From Dicyema japonicum (lineage: Eukaryota > Animalia > Dicyemida): a stretch of 64,000 nucleotides of DNA. The position numbers and the translations under genes are program-made. The stretch is taken from assembly GCA_011109175.1 (NCBI GenBank), contig RDEW01000001.1, forward strand, positions 1,068,360 to 1,132,359, written 5' to 3'. Positions 50,922 through 62,369 of this stretch are shown here, piece after piece. Position 1 is the stretch's first letter. Every line of letters begins with the position of its first letter. The notes beneath the pieces are model-generated. The model searched no databases. It saw only the letters and a program-made list of their open reading frames with translations, and was not told the DNA's origin.

Positions 50922-53900
50922 ATGATGCTATTTTATCTCATTTTACTGTGTTCTACCAAGTCAAACCATATTTCAATAAAACTGGAAAGCAACTGGGACG
51001 ACAGAGATTTGCTCATTGAAGTGGGGTTTGCCTAAAAATTCAAAATTTCAGTGAATTTTTTGCCCAGTCAGACAACTTTTGGAGTTTGTTGGAATATTCG
51101 TTCACTTCAGATAATTCATTTATTAACGGTACTTTTACTTAATCAGACAGGCACCGATTACGACGTCTTCCAATGGGCTAAAGTCGCAGCCGGGAATCTT
51201 CTTGGACAAATGCAGGCTCAAAGTCTGGAGGTGACCTTGGCAATGGGTACTAACGTTCCTGCATTGGCTGTGGCCAGACAGAAGATTCCTTCTCATACCT
51301 GTGAACCCTTTTTGATTCTTTACGGTCAAATAATCTGTGATGCTGAAAATATTCCACAACAACGAAAATATGACGATAATCCTGGAGAACAAGAAATTGT
51401 TTATCCAGGGGACCATTTTTGGCAAGAACACCTGGCAAAGGTCCAATGGCAGTCCTCTATGGAAGTTTTGGCGATGAAAGGACTGCTGAGTTCCATAATC
51501 GTTTGAAGAAGTTATACCCTCATGTCAACTACATTTTCCGTTATTTGCCGAGATTGATGTTAAATCGACAGAAAGTCAACCTTCCAGGATATTCATTGGT
51601 CCTCTCTATAAAGAATACTGAATACAAAACAGTCGATGACTCACAAATTGATGGTTAATTAGCTTTGTTATCTCAGATACCGAGGATGACTGTGGATATG
51701 TTGAAGATCTGAGGAAGAACTTTGATTTCAGTCATTTTTGGTTTTAAAATCTTCTTATTTCAGTTCTCTCGATCGAAATTGTTCTGAGGCCCACTTGAAG
51801 AACTTTTTGGACAAAAGTCCCAAGACAAAATTCCACTTGAGTCTTATTTCTGATTAAAAGATAGAATTTTGTGAAAATATTATCAATTATGTCATCGAAT
51901 CCAAAGACAAGCTCGCCGCCCTGACCATGTTTTCCTCCATGCTTCCTTCGATGGACAACGTCGTTTCTGGCATTAAAGTTGGCAAGAAAGCCAAGGATTT
52001 ATTCAAGAGAATATCTGTGGAGCGATACCACGTTTGAATTTGTTTTACCGAAGAATGAAATACCGGAGAATGTGTTGTACGTAAATTCTCAGTTGTTCGA
52101 CCTCGAGGACTCAAATTTGTTCAAACTGGGAAATCTTTTATCCAGGGAATCTCGACTAATGGACGCTCTCGACCTTCTTGGATATTCAGTTGACGATTTT
52201 AGTTATATTCCAGCCTTCTGAGATCGCTTCTCTTTCCACACTTTCCAAAAACTTTGAAATCCCTGTTTTTGCCGTGGATTACAGAAAATGGACAACTTTG
52301 CAAGTAAATTTCCAGTTAACTAAAGTTTTTTAATGACCTGGAAAAGGAAAGTGACCCAAAGTGGCACAAATCGGTTGGTCGAATGCTCCAGTTTGCAATG
52401 TACTACGGATTTCAACCAATTTCTCTGAATTTTGTCACAATTGTGAGAATTTATGTTATGCTGAGGTCTTTGTGGTCAAACCTAGTGACCCATATCTCAA
52501 AACTATGCTTGATGTAATCCATCAAATAATTTCTGACGAACTCTCCATAAGGTATCGTCGAATTTAATTTTTACAGATTTTCTTTCCTCTTCATCACAGA
52601 TGAGGAGACACGTACCCTTGATAGCAAAATTTGGCATCAATTTCGCAAACAAGTAAGAAATGATCCCAAATCAGCCTGGGATTTTCTCAGGAAAGTAAGT
52701 TTAGTTTCATCATTAAAGGAATCATTCGATGAACTCAATGATTCCGATTCAGAGTCTGATCGTCTTCTAAATGTTAGTAAATCTAACTAAGTTAAGTTAT
52801 CTACGAATATTATGGGGGATCTGGAATTCATAGTACTCCGGGGATTCTAATAAATGGGGTCCCCCAGCAGAATGTGAAGATAAGTGCCGGTCAGCTAAGA
52901 AAACTTATCGTCGACTCTCTCCATACGACTCTAAACGTGCTGGTCCGTGACTACTATAATGTTTATTTCCTCTACTCAAATTAGAGTGATTACGAGGATG
53001 GGGACGATCCTGCTGACTATTCCCTAACCAAGAACACTGTTTTGGACCGGTTGAACCCCATAATTCTCAAATCATCGGAGAAACATTTTTTTCTGGACTT
53101 TAACAAAATCAAAAATGTCCGGGAATGTCTCCAAAATGTTCCCTATCAGTCAAAAACGGGGAAGATAGAAGCTTCTCACACTGTATGGGTTGTAGGGGAC
53201 TTTGGCCTCACAGATGTTACTAATCTCGGCAAAATAACCTTCAAATATTTTGTTTAGTTTTTTTAATTATTGCAGAAAGCAAAGAAAAATTACCGTTTGG
53301 CGTTCATCCACAACAATATTCTCACCTCAGATACATTCTGTGCTGAATTTTATGAAAATTCCACGTGTCAATCATTTGTTTCTGATCATCTCTCAGATAT
53401 CCTGGCGGCAGTTCCCCAAAATAAAACTCTTCTTGTCGTGGACGGAAAAGTCGCAAAGCTGGTTTTTATTTAGATTTATGAAACTCCATCATTAGTGGGA
53501 GAGGATATGCGATTACTTGACCTTCTCACCAAATCTGATGGGATCGATGTCTCCGAGTTGTCGCATTTTAGCAAGTTGACTCAATTGGTTACGTTTAGTG
53601 ACGATATTTTGCTGATAAAAAGCGTGATCGACCAATTTCAGTCTTCGAAGAGAGATTTGAGTTCATTTGACCATATCAAAGCGTTTTCTGAGGAACCACG
53701 TGTGAATGAGCCGTTCCTCACCTTACAAATGTTTGTAAATCCCTTCGATTTTGAAGCTCACCAGATAGTCACCATCGTCAGGGTTTGCTGGCTCTTTTAT
53801 TCCCAGGAATTGAAGGATCTCTACAACATAAAACTCGACGTTTACATTAACCCTGTTGACAAGTCTGAAAACGACAGGTAGCTTTGCTGGTTTATTATAG

Positions 53901-55687
53901 ATATTTGGGATATGCTTTCAAATCCAGACTTGAATTTGACGAAAATGGGACCATTTGTGGGGGACCCACAGCGAATATTGGTTACCTTCCCTCGGATACA
54001 GTCTTTTCGGCCTCAATTTCGACGATTCACAACTGGATGGTCTCCGCTGTGAGGACTCCATACGATCTGGACAACATTGTATTCAATAAGGTTGTATTCT
54101 TAATAATCCAGGCTTTGGACAGATTATGTGCCTTGTACAGACTGGAGTACATTATAGTGGAGGGTATTTGTTCATTTTACTCACAGGACATTGTTATGAC
54201 TCTACCGCCAACGAATATCCTGCTGGACTGCAGCTTTTCCTAGAAAACGATGGTTCACAACAGTTTGATACAATCGTAATGAAAAACATTGTACTTGATC
54301 CTATAATCTCAGGGGTACTTCCAGTTGAAGGCCAATCCGGGAATATGGTGGCTAACTAGTGGGAGTGACCCAGAGGGGAAGTGGTATAATATTAAAAGGT
54401 TGTATGAATACCTTTATTTAGTGTTCTGGGGACAACTGGGTCACTCAGTCTGAACAGAATGCTGATAATGGTGGACAGTTTTCACTCACAAATCATCACT
54501 GTTGAGGTTGAGAGGATTGTGAATGCGTAGGTAGCCTTGGATGAGGACAGATACCTTGAATCCAATAAAGGTGGAACTCTCAATAATATTTTTGGTTCAA
54601 TTTCAACCCATTTGAAGTCATATTTATTCTCGCATGCGAATGAAACCAATAAAAAATCAGAGGTTGTGAACGTATTCTCTCTTGCCTCCGGTCATTTATA
54701 TGAGAGATTATTAAAGTTCGGAATCCATTTATTGTAGAGTTATGATGCTAAGTGTTATCAATCATACTTCCTCTCCCGTAAAGTTCTATTTCCTCAAAAA
54801 TTTTCTGTCTCCTTCGTTTAAGGTGTCTTTTTGTCTAATTTCAGGACTTTCTTCCTAATTTTTCTAGTCATTATGGTTTCGAATATGTTCTGGTTGAGTA
54901 TGTGTGGCCTCATTGGCTTAGGAAACAAACGACCCGGCAGCGAATCATTTGGGGGTTGGGAAATGAGTAATTTTAGTTACAAAATCTGTTTCTTGACGTC
55001 CTCTTCCCTTTAGACGTTAAAAGGATCATTTACTTGGATGCTGACCAGGTGATCTTGGTCGTGTTATGATTAGACTATTAGAGCTGATGTAATGACCCTA
55101 TTTCAAACCAACTTGGAGGGAGCCCCGTATGGATTCACTCCGTTTTGTGATAATCGACCAGAAATGGACTCATATCGGTTTTTACTCGAAATATTTTTAG
55201 TTTCTGGACAAGCTCCTATTGGACTACTGTCTTGGCTGGTCGTCCCTACCACATTAGGTTTGTTTGAAACAATCATTTCAGTGCCCTCTTTGTGGTCGAT
55301 TTGGAGGTTTTTCGGAAACTCTCAGTTGGGGATATTTTGAGAGAACAATACCATATCTTGACTGTGGATCCTGGCAACCTTGCTAATTTGGATCAGGATC
55401 TCCCAAATAGCTTGATGAGACAAATTCCCTTGTATTCCCTGGATAGGTCGTGGCTTTGGTGCGAAACCTGGTGCAGTGGTGAATCAAAAGTTAAGGCAAA
55501 GACTATTGACTTGGTATTTTTATGCTAAATATGATCATAGTGTAACAATCCTCGCACTAGAGAATCAAAATTAAACTCAGCCTTTAGGATTGTCCCCGAA
55601 TGGAAAGATTATGATGACGAGATTTATAAGTTTACAAAAAAGATAGATAATTCATCTACTAGTCCTTGGGTGGATGAGGAATTATAA
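50922..55687 (+). CDS. UGGT: UDP-glucose:glycoprotein glucosyltransferase, multi-exon
   Basis: Signal peptide then [15 protein letters not shown]; GT24 domain [49 protein letters not shown]; C-terminal DEEL* ER-retention-like signal; many short introns. Confidence 0.95.
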
Positions 55688-55741
55688 CGTGTCTGGTTGT
55701 TATTTAATAAAGTTCTTTAAACTAAATTTATGTTTATAATA

Positions 55742-56390
55742 TGTTGCATCCCCCACCGGTTACCTATTCCATGGTGGCTACCCGCAAATCAATCTTTCAC
55801 CTATCATTCAATCAATATTTTTGGTTTCTAATCAAAAATCGCTAATTTTAAAAAATTTAAAAAAGTCTATATTTTTTACTTATTCATTTTGATTTATTCA
55901 ATTTCTTGAACGTTCCTTAATCTGTTATAACAATGTTTAATAAACTTGTATTCGACTGTTTGACAAAATTTGAATAATTTCACATGGTTCTTTACATGGA
56001 GATTCTAATCATCTCAACTTTAGTGATGGATTAGACCCATAATCCATTAAAACTCTTACCTAACATTAATTCAGTAAAAATACCTCATTCCCAATTGAAA
56101 ATCATATTTTGATTGAACATTCATTTTTTGTTCATCCGCTTAGAATATGTTGAACATGATCTGATGGAATACTATTCATGTCAAAATGCCGATTTCAAAA
56201 TAAATTTCTTTGAATGTGACAAATATCTGATTTCCAATAAATTAAAATATAATTTTTGCAAATTTATTTTTAACTTACTGCAGCCATTTACAGTCATCAT
56301 TTGAATCGTTAAATTTTTAACGTCTATAAAGTCTGCTTGGAATCGTTCATTGGGTCTTTTGGCAATCAAATGATATTTAGAGTCGGAGAC
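55742..56390 (-). mobile_element. Ginger-like integrase transposon remnant with ACA terminus
   Basis: IAKRPNERFQADFID (start of an rve integrase); 3' part homologous to 23700-24100; terminus ggtaaccggtgggggatgcaaca. Confidence 0.6.
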
Positions 56391-56439
56391 CTATAAATTA
56401 TTTTCATATTTTAAGTGGAATAGAAAACTTGAAAATTGG

Positions 56440-56770
56440 GCACTCTGACAATTTTTCCAATAATTTTCTGTTTTATTGTAAAATGTATTGAGGTATAAGC
56501 GGCCATCAGGATGGTAAGCAAGATTCGCTCAAATAACCAGCAGCGCTCACGGGGATCTCCTGATCGTGTAGAATTTCGATTCCCTAGACGACTCAAGAAT
56601 TCCAGCGTCGCATGCGCAAGGGAGTCAGACATCTCAACGGCGAGTGGAACAAACAAAAAATCATTCGGTAGGGCCGCGTCCTTTGCCCATTTTAACCTCT
56701 CAGCCTTCTCAGCGGCAGAACAAGTTCCAAAGGAACTCTGGAATAATTGGCTACACTTTTTTGCATTGGC
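56440..56770 (-). mobile_element. CRE 3' RLE fragment
   Basis: AAEKAERLK...FLFVPLAVE...GDPRERCWLFERI. Confidence 0.8.
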
Positions 56771-57172
56771 TGGTTTTTTAATTTCTTTGACTTTTTAAGG
56801 TCAAAAGTCTTTGGGTATAATCAGAGTTTAGAATTAGAATATGATCAATCGTTTTTTGTGTAAGCATACATCGTGGTTATTTTGTGTTACATCTTGAATA
56901 AGCATTTCTATCTTAAAGAAAGTAAAGCATTAGGACGCAGCAAATTCCGATCGCTCCTTTTCTTACTTTAATAAGACTGAGACAGTCCCATTTCAAGAAA
57001 ATTAGGCGGCAAATACAGTTTTTCTTTGCAGACTGGTCTGGGATGATTTTTTTAAGTTTTATACAATCCTTAGAAGAACTTGTCTACCTATTTATGGGAG
57101 AATACTGGGATAAGATACATTCGTTAATAGTCTTTACAACTTTATTTAATAACGAATAAATTAACTAATTAA

Positions 57173-59760
57173 TTAATTAAGCGTATTTTGATCCAGATTG
57201 TTGGTAATCCCTCTTCTTCTCTTAGAAGAAGAGTGTGCCATAACCTCCCTGTTACTCCGCATCTCCACATCATATTCAGTCAAAATATCTCCGTTAGAGT
57301 CCAGTGGGCTGTCTTCACGGCATGCCAGTTCCACAAGTTGGGAGGTAGCAGAGGCGTACTCTTCATCGTATACCTTCATCCCATGCTTATGTTCAATGAG
57401 CATACTTTCGAGCGTTCTCTTCAGTACAACCGATTGGATGTAAGTCCTCGTTGATTCTTCAATAGATAATTTATCCATATGATTCTTGAAGCATCTTGAG
57501 ACAACTCCATCCCATGTCAAAACCACTGGAATAATCTTCACTTGGCATTCATAGAGCAGCGAAAGTTCATTTGCTAGCAAGTCATATTTGTGAAGTTTCT
57601 CAACTTCAACTTGCTTTAGTCGGTCTTGTGAGGTAATCCCCACTTCAATTAACGTTACTTCCTTCCTTATTTTGTCATACACGAAAATATCAGGTTTATT
57701 GTATTGGACTTTTGTTTCTGTCAAAATCGACGTGTCAACTCTAATTTCGACATTTTGATTCGTCAATATTGACTGAACCGAATGTCCTTTCAATTTCCTG
57801 CTTCTTTTGATTCCATAAATTCGACAAAGATGAAGATGGATGCACTTTACCACTTCATTATGTCTTCGGAGATAATCACTATTTAGCATTTTTCCACACT
57901 GAGTGGCCAAATGATCAACAGTTTTCTTGCTTTTTTTACAATGGTTGCATAATGACCCCGTGTGTGCAAAAAACAAATTCCTATCTTGCAAAAGACAATA
58001 CAATGCTTCGCTCCGTGGGCCGTTATTTCCTTTGGATAACCATTCTGAGGAAGTATATAGGTCGACATTTGTTTCATCAATACATTTGAACATAATTGAG
58101 TGTAGTGTTCTGCAATAAATTTTATTTAGTAAATATTTTTTCTGAGTGTCCTTGAGGGACTTAATATCCATGCTTTCCCTGTCGGCAATTGCATATTTAG
58201 AGGCAAGAAATCCTGCGATTGTAGCCAAGTGCCATTTTTTTGTTTTTATTACTCGCAGAATCCCCGACCTTCGCAAACACACAGTCGATTGTTTTTCCAA
58301 ACTTTTAAAAAACTGGAAAAGTATTAATTCGCTCTTTAATGAAATCGAGGAAAGTCCTCTTCCAAAAGTCTTCCTGTCCAAATACAGCCTCTCTTTATTT
58401 GCAGGTTTGAGGTGCAACTTGAGTGACGTAAGCAGTTGCCGTATTTGTTGGTCAATATCATCAAATTCGTATGGTTCAATATTAATTAATCCTATATAAT
58501 AGTTAGGGACATTGCGTATTCATTTATTGCGCGAAATAAGTTCACAGAATTTAACTTTGTTTTTGAAAGCATGGTTATTCTCTTTTAACATTTTCAAGTA
58601 TGGACTCCATAACTTTGCTTTTAAGAACATTACTTCCCTCATCTTCAAAAACACCCAAATATCGATATCCACTGACTCCTTCCAGATTCTCACAACATGA
58701 TAACGATTTAACATTAGACAGTGACTTTTCCGAATTCATCTCCAAGCCGGCAACATGAAAGAAATCGCGAACAACTTCCATCATTTTAATAACAGTATCT
58801 TCTTTTAGCCCAAATATCTTTAGGTCATCAATGAATAACAAATGATTTGTAGAATAAGTCAGTGTATTAGGATCCTCCTGATTAATTTGGAGTCTTGGGA
58901 ACATAAAGTTAAGGGTCCTGCTCAAGGGTTCCATTACCATAACAAATAGTTGAGGGGATAATGAATCTCCTTGCAAAATTCCCCGTCCCAGTTTTACAGA
59001 ACCAATTCTTCTTCCATCTAAGTGGAGATTTACAGTCCACTTCTTGACTATGGTCTTTACAAAGTTTACAATCCAACGGGGTATTCCTGAGCAGTCCAAT
59101 ACATGAAATAAAAATTCATGGTCAACAGAATCAAAGGCCTTCTTCACATCCACCCAAGCAGAATAAAGGGCGTTTCCATACTCCTTATTTAAGCATTGAT
59201 TAATAAGGGCCTGTTCCTTAGCGCCCTGACAATGTTTCCTCGTTCCCAGCTGATTGTCAGATAATAGCCCAAACGAATCCACAAAATCTGAGAGTTTGGA
59301 ATTAACACATTTGGTAATAAGTTTATATAAAGTTGGCATACACGTGATAGGACGTAAGTCATTAGGAGTCTCACAATCATCCTTTTTAGGAATTAAATAG
59401 GTTATTCCAGTATAAAACCAACTTTCAGGCATATATTCCCCATTAATAATTCGGTTAATCTCAGTACATAAAAAGCCATGTAAAGATTCCATTTTCTTAA
59501 TAAAGAAGTTATATGAGCCATCGCATCCACACGCCTTCCAATCAGGGAGCCATTTAATAACATCCAGGATAAACTCATTTGTGAACTCTGGCAACATGCC
59601 TTCAATACCAGTATTTACTTTACCCACACTGTCATATGGCACGTTCATCTCTTTTCTTTTAGACCACACTTTTTCCCAAAACGACATACAATCCTCATCA
59701 TCGAAGCCATATAACGTTACTTCATTGCTTGCTGATAGGTTCCGACAAAATCTTCTTCGA
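57173..59760 (-). mobile_element. R4-like RLE non-LTR retrotransposon, 5'-truncated, with two nearby frameshifts
   Basis: RT motifs LRPITCMPTLYK, DVKKAFDSV, RGILQGDSLSPQLF, HLLFIDD, YRYLG; CCHC finger CNHCKK..TVDHLATQC; RHN and KPDIFVYD...IEVG endonuclease. Frameshifts lie at about 58575 and 58505. Confidence 0.92.
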
Positions 59761-59761
59761 C

Positions 59762-61470
59762 AGGGGTGAAATGGCATTGGTCTCCGATGGATTCGTATTA
59801 CGGATCTTCTTGGCCTCCGCCTGAGAGTGCGTCGTCTCCAGGAAAGTGCGTCGCCGTCAGCGATCTGGCTCCTGAGAAGGTCTCCACACACGCTGCGTCC
59901 CAGACGAGTGATTTTCCGTGGGAGATTGGAATAACGTCATACCGTCCGGCCTCTTCCCGTCGCCTCTGTCTAAGCCCAAAGGTTTCAATTGGGCCGGAAA
60001 TCCAGCGGCCTTGAGGGCTCTAAAAATGATGTCATTGAGGGCTGCGTGACGCAAGGCTCGACCAGCGCTTCGTCGGCAAGATTGTGATGTAAGCCTTTCG
60101 TATCAACGTCTCCGCCGCAACGGCATTTGTGTCTCTCGCATATGTCCAGTCCTAGGCGCAGTGCCACCCAGATCCTCAGGCTGTTTTCGTCAAGGAGGTC
60201 TCCAGATATGGGCACGGTAGAGCCTCGAACCAGACTCCATTTCCGCGATGTGCGGCCGACTTAATGCTTGCTAGTCGGTGTTGGTTGGCGCTTGTCTCCA
60301 ATGTGCTCATACATGCAATTGAGTCCCAACTTTTCTGGCAAGCGAAGTTCGACGGGAATTCCTATCCCAACTCTTCCCACAACTTGCTAACTCTATCAAG
60401 CTCCGAGTCCAAGGTATACCCGGTTGCGTTATGTGGGACTGCTTGGACCGAGCGACTGCAGCTCGCAAGGGATGAAAAGTAGGCAGGCAGGGGGGCCTCA
60501 AGGGGATCTTAACCCAATGCCCCCATTTCTCGCAGGTAGTTTGCACATTGTCCAGCCCAGATCATCGAATTTGACATTCAGAATTGACTACGCCGATCGT
60601 CTCAGAGTCCTATCAGCCGATAATACTGCTCTCCGGTGTTCAAAACATGGTGAACATCTCAAACTTACTGGTAAGGCAGTTTTCCAATTCGTCGTTTCCG
60701 AGAGGGCAGCCGTGGAAGTGTGCCTTGTCCAAGAAGGATATGCTGAAACCTGGAAGTAGGGATCCAAATTCCTGGCAGGCAGTAGAAAAGCTTGGAGATG
60801 CGCAAAAAATATTGATCAGTTAACATTGACACATAGACCCAATTGGTTTAGAGCTGGAATGGTTGAAGAAATATCCTGATATACATTCTACCATGGGCCA
60901 GCTATTGTGGCGTCGTCCGAGTACCACAGATTGAGTTCGCTGTTTATGTTTCGTGCCACTGTATCAATTGTCATTGCAAAAAGCAAAGGCCCTAGAGGGT
61001 CTCCCTGATGAACGCCTGTGCGTGAATAAACTATGTCCCTTCCGTAAACTAAGGCTGAGTCGGTCCCATACGATATGTGTACTAGTCGGCCAATCTCTGG
61101 AGCTCTCTTCCAACAGGTTCAATTTGTCCAGAATAAGAGGGATGACTGAATTCAGCGGGGTCAGCATCCATACAGTTACGCAGTCCCATTTGTAAAAAGA
61201 TCTTGACATTCAGACACACCCGAGGTGGAAAAATCTCCGCAATGCAATTCAACCCTTATTTCCACGCGTTGCAATATCCACAAGACACGAACTACTCTTT
61301 CAATCTCGCAGGTAAAAGTAGTATTTTTTTCGAATGTAACGTGATCCATAGATGGACAGTGAACAGAATCAGACTTGGCCTGTTTAGTTTTTTGCATGTT
61401 CTTTTCTGATTTTCGGTTCTTTTTCTCTTCTTTCTTAGCAACACAACGACCACACGTAAATATTTTGAAA
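59762..61470 (-). mobile_element. CRE-clade element, internally deleted, with a degenerate N-terminal PHD remnant
   Basis: FFHLGCV...KWDC; WYSDD; LRLGLDICERHKCRCG; [17 protein letters not shown]...DGKRPDG; ends CHFTPV. Confidence 0.85.
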
Positions 61471-61709
61471 AAAAATTCCAAAAATTAATAGTAAAACCGA
61501 ACTAACTAATCCCGTGATGTCCACATGTAGAGCTCTTATCCATACACAATGATTGGACATTGTCCGCGAACCTGATGTTGAAGCGAAATAGTCTCTCATG
61601 GAATAAAAAAATGAATTTAAGCTAATCCAAATTATATAATTTTTTTAAAGATAAAAAGCAATCGTAGGAATTTGAATAGCCATGCTGTTTCCTCTGACGA
61701 TTTCTCTCG

Positions 61710-62160
61710 AAGTACCCCCTTCCGTCATTTCTATAAAGTCTCCTGTCATTCCTTCTGGGACGGAACTGCATATTATCGTATCTCTACCAAGAATAAACAA
61801 TCAAACATCTCTATCATCACGTCCTCTATTTCCTTGGTAGTAATTCTGGGAGAACCTGGAACCATTAAGTTGTGAATCATTGGGTCCGGTAATGTTTATT
61901 GCCTCAATTCCCTTATCAGTTTGTCTGACATCAAACTCTATCGCCTCTTCTTCTTCAACGCTATAGGACCCATTCTTGGCCTCTCGCGAAATGGAAGTCT
62001 ATATACTAACCCATAATTCAATACAGCATGAATGAAAACATCCTCGTCTGTATCGTTCCTTTCCGCGAAACCAAAACATCTTCGGCAATTAAACCATTTA
62101 ACACGCCCCTGGATCTTTGATGTTGCAGGCTCTGCTCGCTCAACTGGCGCTATATCTGAT
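61710..62160 (-). pseudogene. YBX: Y-box / cold-shock-domain protein gene fragment with introns
   Basis: [31 protein letters not shown], a 26-nt intron, [39 protein letters not shown], then an Arg/Gly-rich tail. No ATG was found nearby. Confidence 0.75.
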
Positions 62161-62214
62161 AACAACTGACACGTTATATTTTAATAATAATAACAGCCTT
62201 TTTCACGGAGCCGT

Positions 62215-62290
62215 GGTATTAGCTCCGCATAGGCAGGACACACTTTATTTAAGTAAAGAACAGTTAATTTTAACTAATCGTAGAACCAAA
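62215..62290 (-). mobile_element. 3' tail of the tRNA-derived SINE (copy 3, 5'-truncated)
   Basis: ttggttctacga...aaaattaactgttctttacttaaataaagtgtgtcctgccta matches 8685-8745. Confidence 0.7.
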
Positions 62291-62369
62291 TCTTTTTCAA
62301 TAATTTTATTAAAAATCAAAATTTCAAACTAAAAAATTTACCTAAAAAAACGGACGGTCGAAAGACTCA

